Assembly (NCBI RefSeq): GCF_964204865.1
Contig: NC_135259.1
Location: 5,394,001 to 5,458,000, forward strand
Direction: 5' to 3'
Length of the DNA stretch: 64,000 nucleotides
Source of the DNA: Styela clava
Taxonomy: Eukaryota
Part shown: positions 41,524-53,700 of the stretch, one piece after another
Numbering within the stretch: the stretch's first letter is position 1
Layout of the letters: the number at the start of each line of letters is the position of its first letter
Translations under genes and position numbers: made by a program
The notes under the pieces: generated by a model
Told to the model about the DNA's origin: nothing
Seen by the model: only the letters and a program-made list of their open reading frames with translations
Database searches by the model: none

Positions 41524-42353
41524 ATATCGTCACGCTAATAACCGAATTGCGTAAGTCATTTTTAGCAGTTTTGAGAAAAATGTAAAAAACTTCATAATGA
41601 TATTGTTATGCAATTGAGGGTCAATAGTTTGCCATGGTTCAATTTTTTGATCGTAGTCGGATTTAAGTTAATTTGTATGACGCAGTTAATTGACGTCATA
41701 ATGGCGCACTGTGACTTAGGCAGAAATGTGTCTATGACTTGGGGACATACGCAATTTTGCAACTTTACTGTAAGCGCCAGTCCTGAAAACTAAACATTCC
41801 AAAAACGAATGTAATTCTCACTATCTACAATGTCTAATCCCCAAAATAGCTAATCAGTTTCAATTGCATTATTTTTTATGTTTAAAAATATATGTTTCAT
41901 CAATATAACATGTTCTGCACACCCACCGAAATGAGAATGAGAATAAATATAAAGTATAAAACAGCAATGCACCCAATATAAAAGCCAACCAAGGTGAATT
42001 GGACTAGGACAGTGAATAACACAAGTGCACGTCTCCCTATACTGTAGTATAAATTCAAATTAATACGCGCTAAGCTAGAATCCGAGATGCAAAAACTGAA
42101 AAATACTTAGCCGAGATTATTTTGCCTTTGTGACGTCACAATAGTCCTGCGGTAAGAATGATAATTCATTATGACGAAACAATTGCACAAATGTGCATGT
42201 CATACTAAATCTCCATTTTTATGGGTTTCGGAATTCTTAAAATACAATCTGAGTTAACAGACAGGTGCGCAGCCTTACATAAATACCTATTTAAAAAAAA
42301 ACTCGAAATCGTCAAAAATGACTTACGCAATTCGGTTATTAGCGTGACGATAT
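41524..42353. mobile_element. 830-bp non-autonomous DNA transposon with perfect 40-bp inverted ends (Tc1/mariner-like)
   Basis: ATATCGTCACGCTAATAACCGAATTGCGTAAGTCATTTTT (41524-41563) is exactly inverted at 42314-42353, with TA at both ends. No transposase ORF inside. Confidence 0.88.
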
Positions 42354-45300
42354 TTCTTTATAGTATTTGCTAGTATTTTATTAGTTATCTTGCATTTTAA
42401 ATTGAGATAAGTTGAATAAATATTTGAGTTAACAATTGCGCATTACGAGGTCTCAATTCCCATAAACCATCTATATATGATGTTAAGGAAAACGAAATTT
42501 ATAGCAGTTCAAGACACCAAGGTCAAACAATTAGCTTAATCGAACTGAAATCAATATTAGGCTGTTTGAAAAAGCGTGCCGGAATATCTACTTCGAACAT
42601 TAGCAATGCTAGATTAGACCTGGGCGATGTTAAAATTTAATTGAACATTGTGGATTTAGAAAAATTGAATCGGGAATAGATTTAACTATCGAAAATAATT
42701 TTATAAAATAATATTTAATTCTGTCGTCTAAAATTAGTCTTGCACGAATATTATTGTTTAGGCTTCATAATTGATTAGTACTGTTTGGTTTTAAATATCT
42801 GGCAACACCAAGCTGCAGAATTATTGCGTTGGGCGGGCGTGAACGTACAAAGAGAGGCTTGATAAAGTGAGTTTTACTTTTCTGACCTCATTTGGCAGTG
42901 TCGTTAGGCAATAATTTGAGCTACACTTGTTCTTATTCTTATCATGATACTAACAAATGTAAACATTCAGCTGCAGTGCTGCGTTTGTTTTTTAATGGTA
43001 TAAACGGCGAGCTGCCTAAAGGGTTTTCGATATAATCACAAATGGCGAGGAAAAAAAACTTACATAGTCATCTTATTCGACAAATAATATCAATATTTAA
43101 AATTAACTATTTAACATTTTTTCTCATGCACACAAAGCTTGTACAGGCTGAGTAAAACGCCCATAACCTTTCCTATGCAAGTTCACTTGTAGGGTAGTAG
43201 GTAGTCACGAACCTTGGCTAGGAGTTGTTTTAAAACACCACAAAATTTGACTATTCAGATTTTAGACAGATTTCCTACCCGATTAAGCTTGGAAACAAAG
43301 CTGGAAAGTTCTTCAAAATTAACAATATTGTACCAAAATAATGCGCAGAAAAAATGCTGGTTACCATTTTCTGCTGAGTTAATGATGATGATTCAATAAC
43401 CATAAGATTAGATATTAATTAGATTATATTTGCGCTTCACATAGTCTAACTTAGACTCTTTGTCACAACTTGTGGTGATTTGGGATCTGATAATCTAAAT
43501 TTGGGAATCACTGACTCGTACATGAATGGGGTTTAGTGATGACAATGTCCAAAGTGTTAATTTTCTAAAATATGTTGAACTAAAAATTAAATTTTGTTTA
43601 AATATAAGTTTTAAATATAGCATTTCCACCTATTTTATACTGATTTTTGAAAATATACAAAAACAAATGTTTTATTCAACGACATTTCTCCACATTTTCA
43701 AATCGACACGACTGTATACGTGGTGGCTCAGTGGTTAAAACATTGGACCTAACTGTGCCTCATCTTCGATGTAGCAAACAGATTAGGCAATGCAGACCCG
43801 CGAATATTCAGTGTTTCCAAAAATAATAGCTTCATATACATACCGGTTTGACTAAGGAAGTAGCAATAGGAACGCTTGCTTAATGCAAAGCAGGTGGATT
43901 TACAGCGTTTCAGTTGGTTCCATATGAATTTCTGATGAAATAAAAGAATGCTTTCGATGCGTTAGGTGTGAAACCTATTGTAGCCGCGTGCTTGGGCTCT
44001 CAAAACCGCCTCTAAAATCCATTCCAGAATTTTATTTGACGCCTTTTTTCTGCTATTTTTATTTACTAAACGACGGGTGTGATTCAGAAATAGATATGCA
44101 TCAAACCTGTTAAATTTGGTATTACCGTATACAACGAGTGAAAATGCAAGTCATTGTTGGTATATACTGAAAAAAGCAAATAGCAGATTAATAATTTATT
44201 AACATTTGGATTTTGATAATTTAACGTTTACTGTTTAGAGTATTTATTCACTTGTGGGCTAAAATATCACTCAATAAAAAATAATTAAGAAATTAAGTTA
44301 TCTGGTTTCTTTAGGGATATAACCTTACAGTTGCTTACTGATTATATGCAGTTTTCGGCATTAAATTAGCTTATATTAACTTAATTTTACTCTAGCCCAA
44401 TATGCATTTCAACACTGAATGTATGCAATTTTCTATCGATTTCGATTTAAATGTATCATATCAAGTTTGCATTGTTCACTGCAGCTCATGTTATACATTG
44501 CAATTGCATTTTTCACAAGAACTCTTAGAATAACCAAATCGAAAATCAGCAGTGTGTAATCACGTTAAGGATTAATTCTTCTTAATTATAATCATATATT
44601 CATGCCATTCTTATCAGAGCGATGAAACGTGAAAACCTTTTTGTGATTTAAAAAAATCTTGTTTAAATCTGATAATTATACCTGCCCGTAGGCCCTACGA
44701 TGTTGTGACAGGCTGACAGATTAAAATGGCTTTGCTAATTTCCAATCACGAATTGCTACGAAGTGATGCACGTGATACGAACATAATGACTTGACAATCC
44801 ATGTTAGATTTACAGTAGCAGATACAGACCGTTTGTAAATATACCCAAAGGTTAACTGATTAACCGCAGAGTTGCAACAGCCTATAATTTCTACTCCGAA
44901 ATATATTATCTGATTATTCAGTTGCTTTAATTAAAAATTTTAAATCAAATCGACAATCATGGCATGTCAGTACGGGTCAGTCAGTACTCTAGCCAAATAT
45001 GCAGTTGCTGTGTACCAGGTTTCTCGGAAAGATGGCGAACAACTCAGATGGATTACGTCATGATGGTGCGTCTCACATTAGCAAAATTGGGGTAAAATAT
45101 CGATTCCCATACATTACCTTTTTTGAAAATATAAGTAATAACCTTCTAGCGACATTTTACACATCTAAGTGCTAAAAATTTGAAACTTATCGGTCCAATA
45201 TTTGAAAGGTAAACTTCAACGACAGCAGTTTGCAAGTTCTGCCAATTAGCTCTGCACTTGTAAAAAACAATGATACGACATAAAGCTATTAACATGCACA

Positions 45301-45402
45301 TTGATAACATGCAACAATCGAAATTGTATCTTGGATTCAGTCAAATATATTTGTTAAAAATAATTTATAAGTTACTCTTATTATACGAAACACAGTTTTC
45401 AG

Positions 45403-45455
45403 AAGAATGCGAAGATGGATATAAGTTACATTAGCTAGTTGAATTCGATTCTGAA
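45403..45455 (+). pseudogene. Relic of a CCP-module exon
   Basis: TGCGAAGATGGATATAAGTTACAT (CEDGYKLH) + TAGCTAGTTGAATTC aligns with 50758-50805 (CEDGYKLHYDLDWFEF) in the downstream gene. Confidence 0.5.
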
Positions 45456-47636
45456 AGCAATGTAAAATGTAATGACTGCACATTTTAAAAATGATATCAA
45501 ATCTACATGCACTCTATTATGAATCATAAACGTCAGTTACCTAAATCAAACAATGCCTTCGAATATATTTTTTTTTTTTTTATGGCCTTTTTTTTTGTTC
45601 TACTCGGGGATGTAAGCGGTCGGTATATTTTTAGCCGCATCGAAATTACGATACTGAACCACAAGCCGCGTGTATATTGTATATAAACACATAAAACCAG
45701 TGCAGCAACGTTTTAATTCTTACTCATGTACATGGAATGTATGAGAGTAACATAATAGAACACCCATAGGTCATAACTTGGTACACAGAATCACATTGTA
45801 TCTATCGAACTCACGTATAAGATAACATTTTGCAATACAATAGAACGGCCAACATATATTAGAATTCGTTAGAAAGAATCGATTAAAATTGATGTTAAAT
45901 ATTCAAAGACTCGTGCAGATTGCCGCAATAGAAACAAATGGGGATGGAAAAAGATTAACTCTCTATATTGGTTTGATTTGGTTTTGCAAGCCCGCAACGG
46001 AGAGAACTATACAATTCCGCATTTTCAAACGACTTATCTATTAGAAATCCGTACAACGGAACGATAAGTTTTGGCGATAGGAAACAAGTCTGTCAATAAA
46101 TTTATTGCCCATTAATTTAGCTCCCCATTACCGAAGATTTTTGTATTGTAGACAACCTCATTCCAGCGATGCCGAGCGGAAGGTAGGTTGTAGCACTGTG
46201 AAAAGATGCATTGTAAGATACTTTCCCGTTTGTATTTCATATTTAGATTTGTACAAATTTGGTTCCGCATTTATTTATTGTTAAGAAATTTATGATATTA
46301 CCTAAGATATTACCAAAACTGATCAATATCAGTCATAACATATTGAAACGAAAAAGAAAACGATACTTCTCTATACCCAATAACAATTCACTACAATGTG
46401 TATCACGTGAGTAGCAAGAAGTTTGCCTATCGCACTATCTGAGCCTTGTGAATAATTTGTAATTCGATAGTTTTCTCGGCGATCTGATTTATATGAGTGA
46501 TAGACTAGTTTTCACCTTTTTATTACCATTAGTATGTGCACAAATATCGGATTTGTTGAGCATATGGACAAGAGATTTGTTTGAACTCAATATAATTGGT
46601 CGTTTATGACAATAATCCTATTCACAAACTTGATCTTTAAAACGTGAAAATTGTCTCAATGACTTTGCACAATTATAATTATGTACTCCTCCCCTTAGGC
46701 ACCGATGTGTAGTAGCAGAAAACCAGATAAAAATAACTTCGTTAATTTTCTATCACGACCTTCCACGAAGTATTATAGCACGTATTTGCAGATAAAAGTA
46801 TGAAATTCGTCGTTGGTTTGAACTCTTCAATTGTGTTTTAGGTTGGATAATTTGGACACGATTTTTGTTTTTGTGAAAAACTTGCATAACTTGTATTTTT
46901 ATAGAAAATGCACGATAGAAAAATGTAAAATGCATATTTTGGTTTGAAAACGCAATGAAAAACGAGAGTAGTGAACTCTCAGTGATGACTGTAAAGATTA
47001 GACTGGATATGGAAAATTCAAAGAACTAGTTGATTTCCAACTGGTTTCTAGACTGATGGTTAGAACTTCGAAGTTCACGTCAAAAATGGCACATTCTTTA
47101 TTCAAAAAAAGAAAACAGTTTGATAACACTCATGGCAGACAAATACCCCTTTCAACAACTTATTATTTTTGATAGGTAAATTAAAAATTGATTAATATTT
47201 CCAAACTAAGAAATAGTATAGGGATATCGAAATCTTTGCCACGTTGTATTAACAGGCAAATACAATGTTCAAACTGTACTATTATTTGAATTATTTTACA
47301 AATTTAAAGGGTTTTGCACATTTTCACGCGTTTACCGAATTAGTTTTAGTTCAGTCGACATGCATTTAACCAAACGCAAATTTATTGAACTAAAATTTGG
47401 AATAAAAATACAATTTCACGATGACTCATGTAGATTTTTTTGTTTCTTATTAGTCAAAATACTAACTACAAACAGGATTATGTGCAAATAACTAATTTGT
47501 TTAAAAATGAATTCCTAAACGATGCATCGCGTGACGTTCAAAAGAATTAAAACTGAATTTTGAAAAGAAAAAATTCAATTATCGTTACTCGTTTAATAAT
47601 ATAATTCGCTGTCACGTTTAACGTGCTCCGCTTAAA

Positions 47637-47664
47637 TCACGTGATCGGTGTATAACATATAAAA
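47637..47664 (+). promoter_or_regulatory. Candidate core promoter of the CCP gene: palindromic E-box plus TATA box
   Basis: TCACGTGA at 47637-47644 and TATAAAA at 47658-47664, about 135 nt upstream of the ATG at 47798. Confidence 0.55.
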
Positions 47665-47797
47665 GTCGAAACGGTTTGAATCAAAATCACATCGTCTTGA
47701 TTCATCAAGAAGATTGAACAAGGCAATAACAAACTATTGTTTGAACGTCTCCAAACTAAACTGATTGAATTTGAGGAAGCTCAGAAAGAAGAAGAAA

Positions 47798-50700
47798 ATG
47801 CGAAGATTTGATTCATTGCTGCTATTGTCAGTGGCAATGACTTGTTTTCTGCAAGTCATCCGTGCTGATAGTAAGATTTTTTTATTTCAAAGTGATCTGA
47901 AATTTTGAGTGCATATATTTCCAGAATAATTCATTTCATTTTATACATTTTGTAAATGATGTACATACAGTTAAAAAATGCATTTACAAGAATACAAGTT
48001 TATGGAAATAATCAAATTTAAATATAATTCTTATTGTCATATAAAATAACCAATATAAGTTGCAATAAAATACTTTATAATTTTCAGGCTGCTATCCGCC
48101 TAAATTTGAGCACGGTTACGTCTCATCGTCCGAGTTTCCAATGTATGGTCGATACAGAATTGGAGCGGTTCTCTATTTCCAATGCAAAAGAGGCTACGAA
48201 ATGAAAGGAGACTATACTATTAGATGCAGATATGGAAATTCATGGGACAGAGAAATTCCAAGATGTTACGCTAAAATATCTGAAAGTAAGTTTGGATTTT
48301 GATCACTGGAACGTAAATATTGAAAATAATTTATATTCCCTGTGTCGTGACAAATTTATTTCGAAATATATCTTATTTTTTAGAATATTGTGAAAGCCCG
48401 AGTCGATTTTTCGGCGGTGAATATCATCCGGTTAAGCCTCAGTATCATTACAACGACAAGGTCTATTATCGATGTCCTGGGTATTCCTCAAGATACGTCT
48501 ACTCAACATGTAGTATGGAGGGTAATTGGAAAAAAGCTTCCAAATGCTACGGTGAGTTGCCAAATCAGATATACCTAATAGCAATAGTTATGAACGACCA
48601 TAAACTCAAATATTCTTATTGCCTATACTTCCATACAGATTTGAATGAAAAATTACCTAGTTTCTGAATTTAACACTCACAAACCCCCTTTAATTTCAAA
48701 TATAACAGATTATTGCAAGAAACCGGAAATGAACTACGGATACTACGAACCAATGAAACAGCACTATTACCATGGCGATAGTATTAAATATTATTGCAAT
48801 GATAAATATTATAAGTATCACGAAGGAGAAAAATATGAAATGTCAACTTGTGGTGAAGATGGATATTGGGATAAAAAGAAACCGATGTGTAAAAGTATGT
48901 TCGTTTTCAAACTTTTCAAAACCTAATAAATCTGATACTTGTATAATTTTATTTTGTTTTAAATATCCTGTTTGTATTCGTAGAATATTGTGAAGTTCCC
49001 GATTATAAAATGTTTCATCATCAACCGTACGGACGATCACGTTATGAACATGGCGAGAAGATGCAATATTACTGCGAAGAAGATTATTACAAACCTTCTA
49101 AATATAATTACCATGAATCAGAATGCATGTCCGATGGAAAATGGAATCGATCTCCATACAAATGTGAAAGTAAGAATATTGATTATTATTAAAAACTTAA
49201 CAAGCTGATAAACTATGCAACACCTTCTGATTGTTAACCCAAATACTCTTTTTCTGCCGCCGGCTATTAATTTAAATCAAACCTCTTGTTTGCTTATAAA
49301 TATTCAGAAGTTTTCAGCAATTTTACAGTAATTTTGAAAAATTGTATGATTTTGCGAAAACACCAATTTCCTATATGTTATTGTAATGTTACAACAACAT
49401 GCATTTAGATATTTATGATATCCATATTACGAACTGTGAATTTGATGCAATTATGGAATCTTTCGACCAGTTGCTATTAAACGCTATCCTATTTGTATAA
49501 CAGAGCGATGCACAGCTCCAGATTACAATGACTATTACCATATGGCCTATTCTAAAGAAGTTTATGGGTATGGAGAAAAAATGATGTATTCATGCAAGGA
49601 CGGATACTACAAACCCTCCGATTATGATTATTCATATGCGATGTGTAAATCCGATGGGAATTGGGACAAGAAGCCTTACAAATGCATGAGTAAGTTCACT
49701 GATAATAACTAGTTAGGATTAAAATAATTGTGAAAGAAACATATTGTGTATACGTTGAAGAAAATTTAAAATGTATATGATTTTAGTTTTGACATATTCG
49801 CATTCTAAATAACCAGATTCTCAAGTGAAAAAATATATCCGTTTAATTTTAGAATACTGCAGGGCACATAAAATGCAACACGGTAAATATCAGCCATTGA
49901 AAGATACGTACAAACATGGAGATAAAATGTATTACGAATGTGATTCCGGATATGAAATTTATTACAAAGAAGAAAAATACGAATATAATACTTGTAATAA
50001 ACATGGAATGTGGGATCGCATGACTCCGATGTGTAAAAGTGAGTAGTTCGAATTTTGTAAAATACCAACATACTAAGTATGTTTGAAATGTAACAAACTA
50101 ACTGATCTTTTTAGAATATTGCAAGGCACCACAAATAAGCTACGGATCATACAGTCCAAAGTCGAAATCCGGAAAATACAATGTTGGTGACCGTATGTAC
50201 TACAGTTGTAACGACGGGTATAAACTGTTTTATGGAGAAGATTGGTACGAGTACAATACATGCCAAAAAGGAGGACAATGGCGTTACAAAGAACCATCAT
50301 GCAAAAGTGCTGAAAGTATGGTTTGATTTTTATATCTGATATCATCAAAAAATTATACACTTTGTCGTATTCAACAATCCATTATTAAAATTAAATTTCG
50401 ACCTAATATCCAAAGCAGAAAGGACGATATTATAACTCAGAACTTCGAAAGTGGCGTGAATTATACGAATCATAAGAGATCTATGAGAGACAATTCGTTA
50501 TGAAAATGTTTGCGATACATTTTTTTTATTTTTGTCTCGTTATGTGTTCTCAGATGTGCAAATGTACGTTTCTCGAATTTTGTCTGCCAAAATCGGAGAA
50601 AGGAATAAGTATGCTATTCTAACACAGTATTACAAAATCACGGTAATAACGATTTCTTGTTTATTATTAAGAACATTGTGATCCACCTCATATGCCACAT

Positions 50701-53700
50701 GGAACTTATACTCCATCAAAGAGCAGATATTCAAACAATGACAAAGTATCTTACCAATGCGAAGATGGATACAAGCTTCACTATGATTTAGACTGGTTTG
50801 AATTCAGCACTTGCATGGAAACTGGGAAATGGGATTTTAAAGCCCCAAGTTGTATGGATAAGAAAATGCGTAAGTAGCATTTCATCGACTATGCAAAGTG
50901 GCGGGGTTAAAGAATATTGCTCTGGGAATTGGTGTAAAATCGCGTATAGAATACTAATAAGATTTGATCAATATAGATTATATTCACCTTATTGAGTGAA
51001 AAATTGAGATGGAGGTCCGAAATCATTGATATACTATTTTTAATTAAAATTCCAACATAAGCTAAATAAAACAAATTACAAGTTTATTTTAAAGTTCCGA
51101 GTCCATGGGAAAATTGTTAGTTATTTCTCTGAATTGGTTTTATTTAGATCAAGTATATTAGCCTTTATGTTAAAATTTGTAGACTACTGCAAGCAGCCGT
51201 ACATCGACCATGGATCTTATTCACCTATGAAGAAAATGTATAGCAAAGGAGATCGCATTTACTACAATTGTAAAGATGGGTACAAAATGTATTACGATGA
51301 AGACTGGTTTGAATTCAGCACATGTAATGATGATGGGAACTGGGATTATGAACCACCCAAATGCAAAGCAGTAATTGAGAGTAAGAATTGTTTTAATAAA
51401 ATGAATATTTTATGAAAAAAAACATTGGGTACAATCAAATTATTGCAATTATTGAAATCTAAGAATTTTGTTTTTGAAACCCTGTATTTTGTCGATACTC
51501 GCCTTGTGTCGCCTTGTGAATTATCTTTCTAGAATTGCTCTTACAAACTCCTGTAATGAAAAATCGTTCGAGCTAATGTTTCACGTAAAAAAATCTTTTT
51601 AAGAATATTGTTATCACGAGGAATACATGCATGGAGAATATAATCCAAAGATGAAACAATATAGTGCTGGAGATCGTATTTATTACGACTGTCACAAAGG
51701 ATACAGAATGAAATATGACGAAGACTGGTATGAATTCAGAACTTGTGGAAAAGATGGACTTTGGGATTTCAAACCACCTAAGTGCATGAAAGTACACAGT
51801 TACACAAGTAAGTAAACGATATTTATTGATAGGATATTATACACCACCGCAAATTCGTTCTTGGAAACGTAGACGCACACATACTTATTCCCAAGAAGAA
51901 ACAAGAGAGCTATGCTCAAATATATGGACACGTAGCGCCACATAATTTTGATGACGTCATAGATGAAAATTAAAGCCTTCTGGAGAATAATTCCATCTTC
52001 AACCACTGAAAATTTCAAAGCAATTGGTCCAGTAATCAAAGAGAAAAGTGTTTTCTCCAAAACGATACAAAGAACAAGACAACACAACAACAAAACGATC
52101 GTTATGTCCACTACGTATCCAATAAGAATGCACAAAAGCCTATTTCTCTCATTAAATATTACGCACTGACACATTTATTACAGGATAAGATGTATTTTCA
52201 ACATTTTCTTTTTTAGAATACTGCCACGCACCATATTTCATGAATGGAAATCTGCGTCCAATGAAGAATGCTTACAGTCACGGAGAGAAAGTCTATTACT
52301 ATTGTAAAGAAGGATACATTACATATTACAAAAACAACGAAGAATACAAATACAGCACTTGTAATCATGATGGAACCTGGGACAACCCAGCACCAATGTG
52401 CAAATCTATGTATAAAAGTGAGGCTATAAAATTTTGACTATATTTATTTTTGGTTGTTTTTCTGTGGAGACACGCACTTCTTGTTTTTATTTTCATTTAA
52501 TATTCTTATGTTTTCTGTTTAGACTACTGTTACGCCCCTGAAATGAAACATGGATCTTATAATCCCACAATGAAAATGTACAATACTGGAGACAGGTTGA
52601 GATATAAATGTGATTATGGATACAACATGTATTATGAAAACGAGAGATATGAATATACCACTTGTATGCGAGATGGGAATTGGGACAGAAAACACCCAAT
52701 GTGTAAAAGCAATAAAATGTGTAAGATGATTATCTATAATAAAGTCTAGTGGATACTAAAGTTAATTTCATTTGCGTTAGAATAAAGTTTACATTTAGAT
52801 ATTGAATAAATATAATATAAATATGACTGAGTTTATTGGCAAACATAAAATCTTTCTTTTTAAATTTCCCTAGTAACATTTTTCTCTAAACGAAGAACTT
52901 TTGTTTTTTTTTTCTTCGTTATGTCAAGAATTATTTCTAAAATATCCAGATTATTGCGACAAACCAATGATACAATACGGTATGTATAAACCAATGAAAA
53001 CAATGTACAATCCCGGTGATAGAATGTATTATTCATGTAAACAAGGATATCAACTTAAATATGGTAAAGATTGGTTTGAATACAACACATGTAATGATGA
53101 TGGAAAATGGAGATTTGAGGCACCAAAATGCATGAAGGCACATAAAAGTAAGACTTATTTGTTATGGATCAATTCAACATGAAATATATTTATTATCAAT
53201 GTAAATCTATCATTACAAACATATTTATACCATGACTTATGATGACGGTTTCTTTCTTTGATACTTTAATTAAATTGATGATGTGATAATTTTGGTCATA
53301 TTGATGTAGAATCAAATAAGAATGTAAGAAGCGATGTATTATTCTGTTCACAGGATATTGTGAATCCCCCATGATCAAACATGGGGATTACAGTCCCAAC
53401 AAAAAATATTATTCATACGGAGACAAAGTTTATTATAAATGTCACGGTGGATTCAAACTTTATTATGAAAATGATTGGTTTGAATACAGCACTTGTAAGG
53501 AAGGAGGATATTGGTATCCAAAAGAACCAGTCTGTAAAGAAGAAAAGATGAGTGAGTATTGAAAATAAGCAGTTGATCACCAATTATTCAAAATTTGAAA
53601 TATCATTTATATGACGTTGACAATAACGCATTCCTGTATTCTATCATTTTGTGTAATATATTAAAAGTGATTATTTCAAGTATAGAAATTTGGGTTAATA

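Noticed and set aside
43718-43790. tRNA-like start GTGGTGGCTCAGTGGTTAAAACATTGG
   Set aside because: Only an A-box/D-arm is visible, with no intact T-arm or acceptor stem. At most a decayed SINE head, not a tRNA gene.
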